Assembly (NCBI RefSeq): GCF_003918875.1
Contig: NW_025767079.1
Span: 5,022,001-5,086,000 of the forward strand
DNA from: Haliotis rubra
Lineage: Eukaryota
DNA: 64,000 nt
Direction of reading: 5' to 3'
Positions 36,211 through 49,263 of this stretch are shown in pieces. Made by a program: the position numbers and the translations under genes. Under the pieces are notes generated by a model. It was not told where the DNA came from. It saw nothing but the letters and a program-made list of their open reading frames with translations, and searched no databases. Positions within the stretch are counted from its first letter, which is position 1; each line of letters begins with the position of its first letter.

Positions 36211-39200
36211 TTGTTATCGTGTTATTACACCACGGCTCTCAATTTACCTGGTGGTCTATATTTAGACCGTCACCGATAGCGGAAGAAACCGAGTTGAGCC
36301 GAGAGATTGCACCACCATCGTGAAAGTCATTCGTCACCACACGCCCCTTTCCGTAACCTCCAAGAAGATTCGTCTTGTCCCGGAATAACACGAGTTGGTC
36401 GCAAATGCGTGGAAATGTGTATTCTGCGCATGCGTACCGGTTTCAGAAAGGGGTTGTTTCAAAACGTTTTACAACAATATTTCCAAGTTGGTGGTCACGA
36501 TCAACTCGCGTACTGTAGCATTGAAGGCAGTTTGCTGCGCGGTGGTCGGGGTGTTGTTATGCCCCAAGTCACCCATATCCTGGTAAAGATACCCGCAAGA
36601 GCATAATTCGTCGCAGTCCTGTCCAAACCTCGTATCTGACTTTTATAATGTTTTGAGATAATCGGAAAAAATGTTTCATTTGTTTATGTGCAAACTTAAC
36701 ACAATGAGTTTTCAATCATAACTTTGCATCAATATTTGCAGTGAAACCAAACATGTTTGGCATCTCAATTCCCAAGCGTTAGGTCTGGATGAAAAATACG
36801 AGGTTTTGCATCAAGTCTATTATGAAATAGTATGTTTTGAAAAACAGGTAATTTCACTTAAGGTCACATGCAACCAAAAAATCAAACACAATTAAAACAC
36901 AATTATCACTTCTTCATGACATATAATATGCATTGCTGATTATGAAAAAACAAATAAACAAAATTATAAGCGTATAAACGCAAATCAAAAGTGCAATATT
37001 TTGTACTTGGGTTTACCTCCCAAGGAACGAAGCAGCCGGGATACCGACCCCAGTCAGAGCGGGTGGGTGTGCACTCAAGTGTAGCGGTTGGTTCATTTGC
37101 AGATGCCGCCCCCGCGGCTCATTGTGTGTGTATATATAGAGATGTTTGGTTTTGTAAATACATGCTCATTTTTTGTGTATAACATTTTGCAATCAACAGA
37201 CGTCATAACTTGTCATGTGTTCAAGTATCACACCTGCCTGTCTGTGTAATTACATAATGTGACAGAGACCGAACTCGGGCCATAAATCAATGCATTTTGT
37301 TTATGGTGTATAGCCTGATTGGTGTTACGTTCAAATTGCATGTGGTCAGTGATAGCAGCTGTGTATTGAATATTGTCATTAGAAGACAGGCAGGCAGACA
37401 CACAGGTGTCAATAAAACAAGACATTGAGTTTTGTCTGTGACAACGACATATCTATATCACAGTTAGAAATTGTGTCAACGCTAAATAATGACATTGCTT
37501 TTAGGTATCGAACTGAGAAAGTGACTCGGTAAGAAGAACGTGTGGTGAAATAGACAAATGAAATAATATAAACAGTTTATTTACTGTCATAACATATAAA
37601 AAGCTCGCACCTGTGAGCTATAAACAAAACATTATGAAAATAGCTCACACCAAAGCCTTCACCGAGTATTCACCAGACAGCCCGCTTCCAAGTTGCGCGA
37701 ACCTATTTCACTGAGCGCAGCCCAGCTGTTGAAACCCGTTTTCCGGCGAAATTTTCGACACTTTCATGTACCGCTGTACAGAAATATACGGCGCATCTGA
37801 CGTGAAAAAACATACAAACATATAGGGAGGGGGATAAAAAGGCAGTTGTATATTTCTATCTGCTTTAAGTTTACTTTGAAACTTGTTTTATAACGTGTAT
37901 TTTTAGTAATTCCTCTACTAATGTATCGACCATCTCTTATGCCTCTAAGTTAACACATCTATTGTTAGTTTTTCCCAACGAATGTTGTACATCCCACACT
38001 CATTAACGCTCGTAACATCACGTGACACTTACAGAATACACTTTCTGTCATACTTACACTACCTTATATGACTGATACTCTACGCTGCCTTATAACTCAC
38101 TCTACATAACCCTCTCTCCTACATAACACCATTACACTCAATAACAACAAAACAGAGTCATGATCAACATTGGGACAAGCTGCACTGGCAGGCGAACGTA
38201 GATGATCTCCGTAAAGACCTACTGGCCGGGTATGTATGGAGCATATCTAGCACGCTTTTGTCTGAGTTTGTTGACAGCTTTGTTGTGTGCTCGCATGATA
38301 TTCCCTGATGGTAACCTCCCAAAACTTAGACCGCCATATCTTAGACATCCTAAAACAACACAATTTCTGGTTGAGTGCACAGCTAATCCTCAAGCTGATA
38401 CCTATTTCTAATAATGGATCAGTTCGGTAGAATTCTGCACGTCAGCCCGTCGAGCTAGTCAGACAGTAACGTCTCGGCGTGGTAATTCAAAAGGTACCAT
38501 TCAAAATAACGTACATCTCGCTTGGGTAACCAAGCTTGACGGCCAGAGGTCACACGGATGACTGACTTTTCACGACGCAGAGTAAATGACCCGAGGGAAA
38601 CCAGCGATATTATTTGCTGTATAAATTTAGACAAATCTCCGTCACATCAAACATCATAAATGCTTTCATATGGTAAGTTTTGTTTTGAGTTTAGCCACAT
38701 TATTATTGACGTCTTTCTGACACAACAGCATGTTAGTACAGACTCCATGTGTTGCACAACAAACAAAAACAAAACAAAGATAGGAACTATAGTAGCCTGT
38801 CTCACAGTCCATGAACCGCATTATTTTCCCTACTGCCAAGACCTTTCTGCACTGCTTAAGCCCTAAATAAAGCAAGTCTCGATTTCCTCAGGTTCAGGAT
38901 CTCTGGTCTCCCTGGGGCTCCTTTTCAATTTAAATGGGGTTGTTTGTTACTATCAAAATTATACATATTCAGAGACTAAGCATTAGACAAGAACTATAGA
39001 TGTGGTGAGAGATGTGTTTGTGTTGTGTTAGAGAATGTTGATATGGTATTCAGGATAGAACTCATCTTCATTCTGTGTCGAAAAAGTATCGCCTTTACAC
39101 AGGTGCAACTTCGTTCATTCGGAAACAGTCGGAGGCTGTCGCTTGCCCATGGGTTCCCGGAGGCTTGTTGAGCGCCATTCGTCCCAAATAGCCCGTTTCA

Positions 39201-39896
39201 GTGACCTCGTTATACGGCCTATTCGTAACTACTCGTGTCATTCCGGCAGGTAGATAAGAGGCGAGTAGTTACAAATGTATTCGGCCATTTGTGACCAACT
39301 CGTGTTATTCCGGCACAAGCTAAATAGCGGTACGGCTACGGGACGAGTGGTGACGAATGGTATTCGGCTTGTCCCGGCATAACACCATTGGGTCACGAAT
39401 GATCCAACGCAAGTCGGAAGCTCGATTCAAACAAACCATTGACACAGCTGGGGGAAAGTTACATTTCATCAAAAGGTTTCACTCCTGAAAGATGACTACG
39501 GGCCAAATGTCAAGGTGATTATGGAACAGTAACAAAAATAATTCGTAGTTGATGTAAATGTTATCAGTACATAATACGGGCTTCCCAAGCAAAGGCGAAT
39601 GCAACTGTGTAGATCGTCAACAGGCGCGCTGAATGCCATATTGTGGAGTGTCCGGTTGATGGTCCTCATTAGAAATAGAAGATGGTTGGCGTTTATTCAG
39701 CCTCTGTAATTTCAGCTATATGTATCATGTATATAATACTCAAAAACTGGCGATGAACATTTTGCAATGAACTATTGTTTTCATATTACTATAGTGTCGT
39801 GACATTGTTTGTTCTTTGACGTCTTTTGACAACAGACAACAACAGCAAAATGGAACAGTCAAATATTTCTTTTGATGACAGATAATTACAGTAAAA

Positions 39897-40055
39897 CGAG
39901 TGAGTGTGGTTTTACGCCGCTTTTAGCAATATTCCAGCAATATCACGGCAGGTGACACCATAAATGGGCTCCACACATTGTGCCCATGTGGGGAATCGAA
40001 CCCGGGTCTTCAGCGTGACGAGCGAACGCTTTAACCACTAGGCTACCCCATCTCC
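39897..40055 (-). mobile_element. SINE family B, right arm only
   Basis: Empty site near 24375 in the left arm. Confidence 0.85.
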
Positions 40056-40682
40056 CGGAAGTAAAATGAAATCACCATGCTTCTTTTGATGACATAACTG
40101 AAATGAAATAAAAACATCACGGTTTTTATCTTCTTTTGCGTAGCATTGATCTGTGAATTGCCGTCTACACAACAGAATACGTGTTTGCTAGGGTAATTTG
40201 ATACAACAGCATTGATGGTTGACATTGTAGCAGTTTCAATTTTCTAGAGATGCATCGCCAGAACATCCATCCCTCTGCTTTCCTCTTGTTTACTCTATAC
40301 ATGTAACTTGTAATCGAACTCTCTTAACTGTGCATGAGACATTATGAAAATGATACTAGCCATTGTAACTTGATTGTACTTATACAATATGTAGGAAATG
40401 TAAGCGTACTGTATTACACTGAATGAGTGAACACATTAATCAGTATCATTATAATTTCAGTGAGCTAAACTCAGTAAATTCAAATCATATTCCACAACAT
40501 AGTTCAGAATTTTACAGCACCCAGTGACTTAATCCCTTAAAACAACACCGGCACAACATCAAGGATGTATTAACAGAATTCTACTTCACGGGAATACCCC
40601 CTAGCTTTAGTAGAATGTCAGGCTATGCTTTCGGTTGGGGATTGCCCTTCTGCATCTGAGAGTCCACTTGACCTTTTATAAC

Positions 40683-40851
40683 ATGTTATATTTGGGACTA
40701 CACTTTATTTGTAAAGTACAGATTCTAGTACTTTTGTTGGATTGAGTCCCATCCGGGATTCGAACCCACACCGAATCCCGGATGGGACTCAATCCAACAA
40801 AAGTACAAGAATCTGTACTTTACAAAGAAAGTGTAATCCCAAATAAAACAT
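40683..40851. repeat. ~80-bp-arm fold-back of a family E SINE
   Basis: TACTTTTGTTGGATTGAGTCCCATCCGGGATTCG, loop AACCCACAC, CGAATCCCGGATGGGACTCAATCCAACAAAAGTA. Confidence 0.9.
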
Positions 40852-42094
40852 ATGTTACATTTGACCACTTTCTAAATGGCATTGTGTATTTCACTTGACC
40901 TTTTGTTAAGGATGTTAGTACATCTACATGATAGTAGTCGAACAACAATGGCTTGGCGGCAGCTTGAGAGAATTGGTCAAGCAGCATGACCACCCGGTAC
41001 CAGAGTCGTGCCCCGGTTAATGGCCAAGCTTTATGACTTTAACTGCAGCATACCGCAACTCATCACCAATGATGCATCAGAGACAAGTTGACCATTAGCT
41101 ACCTTTAATACCAGGCTGTTGACTGGCTCATGACTCATGCTGCTGGCGGGTGCGGTCGGGTAGCTTAGTGGTTAAAGTGTTCGCTCGTGACGCCGATAAG
41201 CCGGGTTCGATTGCCCACATGGGTATTATATGTGAAGCCCATATCTGGTGTACCCCGCCGTGATATTCTTGGAATACTGCTAAAAGTGGCGTAAAACTAA
41301 TTATCACTCACTAACTCATGGGTCTGGTATAATCATCATCATACTAATATTTGTATAGCGCCCATATCCAGCTCAGCTGCTCAAAGGCGCTTTGTTTTCC
41401 CTCGATCATTGGATATCAATCTCAACGGCACTGGGGCACGAGGCGCACCAAGTTCGTGTGGCTTTCCCATCCTTACGAGGTACCCATTCACAGCTGGGTG
41501 GACTGGGACACATAGTCCAAGTTTACTGGGACACATAGTCCAACTTCTTTGCACGTTGCTGTACCCGCAACTGGGCGTTCGCGCGTATTCATGTGGCCAC
41601 CATTTGGTCATTTACCAACGGATTCGTGGGTTCTTTTAAGTGCGCAGGGCTTTGTACTGTACACTAGGGGTTGTGACAACACTGAAAGTGTCTGCACACA
41701 AGCTTGTCCCGGCACCTCAAGCTCGCTGGATCACTAGCCTGGCGACTTAGATCAAGCTTCTATAAGTTATTTTGTACTTATACTTACGTGTGATTATTTA
41801 TGTAGATATTCAAGTGAAGTTGACTCAGGCAGAACACGAGACATACAAAAACACCGCACTGAAGTAAACGTCCCTAAAGTGGCAAAGATAACTTGAATTT
41901 CTTGCTGATTGGACATGCTCAGTCTGTTTCCAACGAATTGGGTTTTTTCTTATCATCATTGTAAGGAAATGTGAAATCATGTTTGTGGCCTAACATATAT
42001 TTATTGGTTTTAAGATGTATACCTTTGAAACTTAGAAATCAGTATTTCACTGGAGTGTAATGGCATTTATCTATGTTGAATTAAGTTTCACTGG

Positions 42095-42240
42095 GGTGAG
42101 TGAGTTTAGTTTTACGCCGCATTTAGCAATATTCCAACAATATCACGGCGGGGGACACCAGAAATGGACTTTTCACATTGTACCCATGTGGGGAATCGAA
42201 CCCGGGTCTTAGGCGTGACTAGTGACTACCCCACCGCCCC
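42095..42240 (-). mobile_element. SINE family B copy
   Basis: Paralogous, internally deleted copy at 21780-21868. Confidence 0.85.
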
Positions 42241-42303
42241 AGTTTCACTAGAGGCTACGAAATAAATTCATGTTCTATTTTCAAGTATTGTCTCTATTTT
42301 CAG

Positions 42304-42401
42304 AATTATTAAGCAGCTTGGGTATGAGAGAATAATAAAGGCGACTAATTGTGGTAGAGTTATCGTTCCTGGACTCGCGTATACCAACTTCCATGGAAAC
42401 G
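42304..42401 (+). CDS. Thioesterase copy 2, upstream coding exon
   Basis: TTTTCAG|A..AACG|GTGAGT; in frame with the exon starting at 43192. Confidence 0.75.
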
Positions 42402-43191
42402 GTGAGTGATTCTGCGTTGTACTTGGGTGCGAGCGAGCGTGCGTGCGTACATACGCTTGCGAACATGTTATTATAGTCCATTTGTAAAGCGCTATTTCCA
42501 TTCACAGTAAATTCTCAAAGCGCACAGAATTAAAAACATAGTCACTTGAGCTGAAACTAGTCATCTGGATATGACAGTCTAAAGAGATAAGTTTTGAGAC
42601 TTCGTTTGAAGTCATGTAGATTTAAAAAGTTTTTCAAACATTCAGACAGTTCGTTCCATGTCTTTGCGGCAGCATACTTGAAGGTTTCTCACTGGAGGGA
42701 TCACAAGCAGTGACTTGGATTTGGATCGTAATGTTCTCACGAGATGTAGGGCTGAATCAGTTCAGTAATGTAGTGCGGCACTTGGCCAGTTAGACCCTTG
42801 AAAACAAAGCAGACGAGTTTTGAACATTATTCTGTGCTGGATGGGTAGCCAGTGGAGCTGCTTAAGTATTTGAGTGATATGTTCAAATGGTTTGATCCGG
42901 GTTACGATTCTGGCAGCTGCATTTTGCACTCGTTGCAACTTCGATAGCTGAACACTGGTGGCGCCCTCTAGGAGTGAGTTGCAATAGTCGAGTCCAGATG
43001 TTACCAGTGAGATGACGAGATGCGATGTGTGAATTCGTACACGCAGGCGCTGGCGGCCGTGTTTGTTTTACCCTGTATGTCTTCCATGGGTTATATGTGT
43101 GCGTGTGTACGTGCGTGTGTGTGTGTTTGTGTGGTTAATTGAGACAAAGAATACAGGGAAAGTAATGTCAATTGTCCTTTCATATTCGCAG

Positions 43192-43944
43192 CATCTCCGC
43201 ATCCATGGAGCGTGATGGACATCATAGATTCAACCCAGATTTGTCTCATACATCCAACAGACGGCGGGGAGTCGTTTCTCGGCCTTCACCAGCTCTTCGG
43301 TGAAACTGATGCGTTTGCAGTGACCGCAAAAATCGACTTAAGCGAGCAGCTTCATGACGAAGCTGTTGTGAAAGCCCCTCTGTGTACAGACACCACCGTC
43401 AGCAACGTCGGCAAAAGCACCATCGTCATGGACACAGTGATGAAATCCGGTTCAGTTCCACTGGTCAAGTATCGATGTAATTCAATAATACTCGACAGAA
43501 CCAGTAAAAAGCCTGTCGAGATTCCCCAGCAATGGAAGAGTACATACGGGCACTTCTGCACAGGCGAGCCATTGAGATTCAGTGCTCTTGAGAGGCCATC
43601 TGACCAATCACGTGTAAGCAATGTGTTTGCAGGGCAAGTGTCTTACAGCGACATAGATGCAAACCGTCATGTTCATTTTACCAATTATTTGAAATATTGC
43701 TGTGAAGGTTTAGTTAAAGTGCAGACAACCCAGTCTGGCTTAGGGTTGCAACCGTTAAAACTAAAATCTGCTTTCATGTGGTACAGAAAAGAATGCAATT
43801 TTGGAGATGCCATTGAACTTGACTTTTGGGAACATGAAACTAAGCCAGGCGCCATATGTGTGGACATGTTGAAAAATGGGGGAAAGCGTTTTTCAGTGTG
43901 TACTTGAGCTGTACGCTACAAGTCGTATTAACAGTTCACCGTGA
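43192..43944 (+). CDS. Double-HotDog thioesterase-like protein, copy 2, main exon; +1 frameshift near the C-terminus (ORF stops at 43907)
   Basis: 10 amino-acid differences from copy 1 over the first ~223 residues; G5 run at 43878-43882 versus G4 in copy 1. Confidence 0.8.
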
Positions 43945-44059
43945 AAAACAGGACTTAGATAATTTGAACAAAATGTTATTGCGAGGATAAATACAGGTAT
44001 GGTCTGGAATAGGCGTTCATGTTTCAAAACGTTACACCCAAGTAGGCAGCTTCGACCTG

Positions 44060-44225
44060 AGTGAGTGAGTATTTACACTGCTTTCAGGAATATTCCAGCA
44101 ATATCACGGCGGTGGACATCAGAAATGGGTTTCACACTTTGTACCCATGTAGGGAATCGAACCTGGATCTTCGGCGTGACGAGCGAACGCTTTGACCACA
44201 AGGTTACACCACCCCACCCCACCCA
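44060..44225 (-). mobile_element. SINE family B copy
   Basis: Paralogous, internally deleted copy at 19797-19935. Confidence 0.8.
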
Positions 44226-44849
44226 CTCACTGCCACAGGTGTAACAAATGGAATGATTGAATTAGTTATATTGCTGGAATTTTGCTGAAAGCGGCGTAAA
44301 ACCCAACTCACTCACTCACTATAAGTGCTGAGAATTGCCTCCAGTTGTTTTACTGTGTATTTGCAGTGTGGATTTGTAGGGGTGTGTTTGTTTCTCTAAA
44401 GTATGTTATGGAATAAATCTATCGTATTCGTGTATTTAGTTTGCATGGTTTTTTTTACAAATCTATGCGTTTCAGAGATTTCTGTCCGACTTCTGCAAGA
44501 AAGTATTCAGCCCAAAAGACCCTTTTCATATAATACTACACACTGGCTCACTACTGTACACTGGGTCTCTAATACACGTTTGAATACCATTTCATATTGG
44601 TCCTCTAGTACACCCTGGATTACAAATACATCCTGGGCAACTATTGTAAACCAGGTCTATAGTACGTTCTGGACTACTAATACATACTGGGCCTTAAATA
44701 TACACTTGGCTTCTAATACACACCAGGTCTTCAATACACACTGGACTATTAATACATTTGTAAATACCGGGCCTTCAATACAGGTTCGACCATTATCTTC
44801 ACCAGGTATCTTTTTCAAACTTGACCTGAAATGCATTTGGCTTTTAATG

Positions 44850-45965
44850 CATACTAGACCATAATGTTCACCGGAAAATCTAATACACTCTGTGCCTTAA
44901 GACACTTAGTAGTCCAGAAAGACCGCCTCCGTGTGGTAGTGGATAGAGCGTCTGCCCGGAGAGCGTCATACCAAAAGACGTTAAAATACCTGGTACTTGT
45001 TGGTCCCTGCCTGGCGCTCGGCATTAATGGGTACAACAAGGACTGGTCAGCTCGGAGTCAGTATAATGTGTCTGAGTGGGGTATTCAAGCTTCACTGCGG
45101 CATGGTATCTCAGTGGGCTAGCACTATAAAACCAGCTTCAGTCTGGACTAGTACAAGCAGCCGCACATACACATACGCACGCATGCACGTCGTCATATGA
45201 GCGAAATATTCTCAAGTACGACGTTAAACCCAATTTCACCTCACCTCACCTCACCTCAAAGACACTTGGCTTCTTATACACATTATACCATAATGTTGCC
45301 GGACATCTAATACACTCTTGGTCTTAAAGACATTTGGCTTCTTATACACATGAGACTATAATGTTGCCGGACATCTAATACACTCTTGGTCTTAAAGACA
45401 TTTGGCTTCTTATACACATCAGACCATAATGTTACCGGACATCTAATACACTCTCGGTCTTAAAGACATTTGGCTTCTTATACACATTATACCATAATGT
45501 TACGGATATCTTATACACTCTGGTCTTAAAGACACTTGGCTTCTTATACACATGAGACTATAATGTTGCCGGACATCTTATACTCTCTCGGTGTTAAAGA
45601 CACTTGGCTTCTTATACACATCAGACCATAATGTTACCGGATATCTAATACACTCTGGGCCTTAAAGACACTTGGCTTCTTATACACATGAGGCTATAAT
45701 GTTACCGGACATCTAATACACTCTGGGTCCTAAAGACAATTGGCTTCTTATACACATGAGACTATAATGTTACCGGACATCTAATACACTCTGGGCCTTA
45801 AAGACAATTGGCTTCTTATACCCATGAGATCATAATGTTACCGGACATCTAATACACTCTGGGCCTTAAAGACACTTGGCTTCTTATACACATGAGGCTA
45901 TAATGTCACCGTACATCTAATACACTCTGGGTCCTAAAGACGCTTGGCTTCTTATTCACATTACA
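44850..45965 (-). repeat. 68-bp satellite array (about 11 units), inverted relative to the left array, split by a SINE
   Basis: Reverse complement of the left consensus. Confidence 0.95.
44920..45258 (+). mobile_element. SINE family C, right arm only
   Basis: Matches 13043-13389; B-box region deleted; AAGACACTT duplicated around the insertion. Confidence 0.85.
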
Positions 45966-46100
45966 TTATATTGTATACCGGGAACACATGTAGGTTCATT
46001 CAACTGTTAAATGTTGAAAACATAATAACTGTTCTGTGGCACATAACATTTCGGAAATATAAGTCAGCCGAGGACCAGATATTTTTCCTGCTCACTGCCA

Positions 46101-46265
46101 GAGTGAGTGAGTATGGTTTAAAGCCGCTTTTAACAATATTCCAGCAATATCACGGCGGGGAACACCAGAAATGGGCTTCACACATTGTACCACATGTGGG
46201 GAATCGAACCTGGGTGTTCGCCGTGACGAGCCAACGTTTTAACCACTAGGTTACCCCACCGCCCC
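46101..46265 (-). mobile_element. SINE family B spanning the outer duplication breakpoint
   Basis: Complete here; only the ACTCACTCACT tail is present at 15338. Confidence 0.85.
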
Positions 46266-47268
46266 TTTATAAATACTAGATGCAATATGGCTGAAAGTTC
46301 TCGTTAAAACATTCTCAGCGATTCTCGGTTCATCTATTATCTTTCAGAATGACCAAACGGTTTTTTTTCAATTCAATACACCCAGTAAAATTCGACAATT
46401 AAATTAAGACATAGCAGTTCGGTAATACCCGACACCGCTCTAACACCATATCCCGCCTAATTCCTGCACGGAGCAGTAAGTAATACTAACAAATAACCGT
46501 TAAGTGTGAATCATATACACATACAAAGGCAAGTCCTGTCCCCCAATCCTGTTGCTAATAGATATTTCACATCACCAAATTCTCATAATTGTTTTTAACT
46601 CTTGTCGACTCGTCTGAACACTCTTGTCGGGCTATTCTGAACACTCTTGTCGGGCTATTCTGAACAAACGGTTTGCCATAAACATTTAGTTGTGACCGAA
46701 GTGTCAATGCTTCGATTATCATTTGTTTATAATCGTGTCCACCGCCATACAGCTGGAATGTTGCTGTAAGCAGCGTAAAGCTAAACTCACTCACTCGCTC
46801 AACCGTGTCCAGAAGGTTGATAAACTCTTTCCTCATTCCTGTTACTGAAATTTGCAAATTATGAAAAGTTCAGTAATTAACAGGAACGAGGAAAGAGTCC
46901 TTTGCTCGATAGTTCATTGTATTTGTAAAGAACGATTTGACGTCAACACACTGAAATTCTAACAAGGATGTAACTGACACCAAATTCGGAACCAAAGTAA
47001 GTACTTTCTTCAGACAGAATAATTGTTTTTTATATAATTAAAAATTATATCCATCTATGTACGTGTGTTCATTTTTAGTTTTTCATATAGAATCCAGCGT
47101 ATTTCTCACTTCTCTTTGTCAGAGTATATTACGAAACGATAATGATTCATACGTAGGAACTGTTGTTGTAATACTCTCGGCAAAGTCTTGTTGACCGCCA
47201 TCGATATTCGACGCTGTGCGGAGCTAGGTCAATCGTCATTATTGACAGGTTGTATGAAGCTATGTGGA

Positions 47269-47410
47269 AGTCACGTGACTATCACATGAGTGGAACTATA
47301 TATAACCCCACAGTACTTATGCATGGACACTACGTTATCGATAAACATTCGTTAGGTCGGTGGTTTGACAGTGTTGTGATTCTACTACAAGTTTCTACTA
47401 CAAGGTAAGT
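47269..47410 (+). promoter_or_regulatory. Candidate promoter and non-coding first exon of dioxygenase 2
   Basis: Palindromic E-box AGTCACGTGACT (47269-47280), TATATATAA (47297-47305), AAG|GTAAGT donor at 47405, acceptor CTCTTCCAG at 49903. Confidence 0.6.
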
Positions 47411-48214
47411 TCTGATGTATATAATGAACAGCGTTGTACTAGTTAAATGTTAACTATGTCACTGAAAGTTGTCAGGTTTTTCATAAATCAATATTCCGCC
47501 TCACTGTGAGAAAGGATCCGTGGAGTGTGGATATGGTTATACAGAAATATATCTTCAAGGGGCTAACAAATGCATAGAAATTATTACACAAGCAATTGTG
47601 TCATACGACTTATAACTACGAAACGACTGTGAAATGTTTTATTGCCAGCGAGAGCGAGGACAATACATAATTTTGCACAAGTTTCGTATAAGTCGTATGA
47701 CACACACATGCGTGTGTAATAATTTCTTTATTATCCATTTTATTTATGTACACTTGTGCAGTAAAACACGGTAAGCATGTGACGGCCCTCTTCACTGACG
47801 TCACGATCATTTGTTTAATGACGTCACAGACGACGAAATACAGATGGTTGCTTGGCAAAAGGGATACGTGCACATGTGCACGTATGACACTGGTTATGTT
47901 TCACCATATGGGTAATAAACTCTTATATGTGTTCACCTTAAATACTGCGAGGTGCATAAGGATGTGCAATTTATACAGGGGGGTCGAGGATTTACAACCT
48001 GATTGACATCAAACCTTTCGGTCCGACTGGATATCTGTGAAAGAAAATGCTGAAAAACTGTTTTCGTTATTTATAACTAAAATAATCGTTCACTGGGCAT
48101 GCTAAAGGTTCTGAAAATCTTTGTTGTGGGTAAACAAACAGTGTCTGTCTCTATATCAGATATATTATTTATAATATACAAGTAAACGTAAAAAATTCAC
48201 ACAAATACCCCAGC

Positions 48215-48420
48215 CCCTGGAGATCCGGTGGCTATAATTCGTGTCCAGGCAGTTCGTTCCACAGCGATGGAGCACAAACACTGAAAGAACGCTTTCCATA
48301 AGAGGCTAGTCTATATAAAAAAGGAGTTTTCGATAAGAATTTGCTTTCAGATCGCAGCTGTCTTGGTGGTTTGTAGGGGCTTAGCAGTTCACTTAGATAT
48401 GCTGGTGCCATGCCATTAGG
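48215..48420 (-). mobile_element. L2-like LINE 3' fragment
   Basis: Minus strand reads GMAPAYLSELL and YGKRSFSVCAPSLWNELP. Confidence 0.65.
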
Positions 48421-48869
48421 CTATGTGTTCGTTGAGTCTATTTATTATGTGAGATCTGCTTATGGAACTTGTTTGTTTTGCTTGCTTATTGTTTAATGCC
48501 ACACTCAGCAATATTCCAGCTAAATGGCGGCGGTTTGTAAATAATCAAGTCTGGACCAGTGGACCAGTGATCAACAGCATGAGCATCGATATCGGCATAT
48601 TCACGGGTACTGAAGAACACGGGTAGGGATCAATAAGTGTTTAAATAGATATCAAGACGAATGTTGCTGCTCACGGGTAGACTGGTGTTAACTTTCAGGC
48701 CAAATTTAGGTTTAAGTGGTACCATAATAAACGGCATATTTTCAGCCTGATAGGAACTTGAAATTTGAGCTCTTCTGGATCTGAGAATATATATAATTCA
48801 TACAATTTGTAGACAGAGTTTAGAAAGAATGGAGTTTGTTTGTCTTACAGCCGCTTTGAACAGCATATC

Positions 48870-49263
48870 GCTTTTAACAATATTCCTGCAATATCACGGC
48901 GGGGGACACCAGAAATCTGTTTCACACATAGTACCCATATGGGAGATCGGGCCGGGCCTTCAGCGTGGTGACCGAATGCTTTAACCACTAGGCTAACACA
49001 CCGCCCCCATGACGACATAGATTCATCATGTTTGGTGTAGTGTTAAAACGTTTGGTTACTTCTGAATGTTCGTTGCACTCAGGAGACTAATATTCAAGGA
49101 GTGAATGAGTAAGGTGTTAAGCCGCATTCAGCAATATTCCAGCAATATCACGGCGGGGGATACCAGAAATGGGCTTCACACATTGGACCCATGTGGGGAA
49201 TGGAACCCTAGTCTTCGGCGTAATGAGCAAACGCTTTAGCCACAAGGCTACCCCTCCGCCCCC
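48870..49263 (-). mobile_element. Two family B SINE copies (48870-49008, 49098-49263)
   Basis: Family B body and head. Confidence 0.8.

Larger units (their letters stand above)
37987..46112 (+). repeat. Right arm of inverted segmental duplication
   Basis: Reverse complement of 15338-26223 with arm-specific insertions. Confidence 0.93.

Noticed and set aside
36860-37865. Single TTAA-flanked Kolobok-like element
   Set aside because: The two ends are not inverted repeats of each other; probably fragments of different elements.
40251-40303. Possible first coding exon of the thioesterase (MHRQNIHPSAFLLFTLY, phase 2)
   Set aside because: Phase is compatible and it is present in both arms, but the GTAACT donor is weak and there is no homology support.
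44403-44864. 153-aa ORF with a hydrophobic N-terminus and hexapeptide repeats
   Set aside because: Product of the 18-bp repeat; the paralogous left-arm sequence has a deletion and a MITE insertion.
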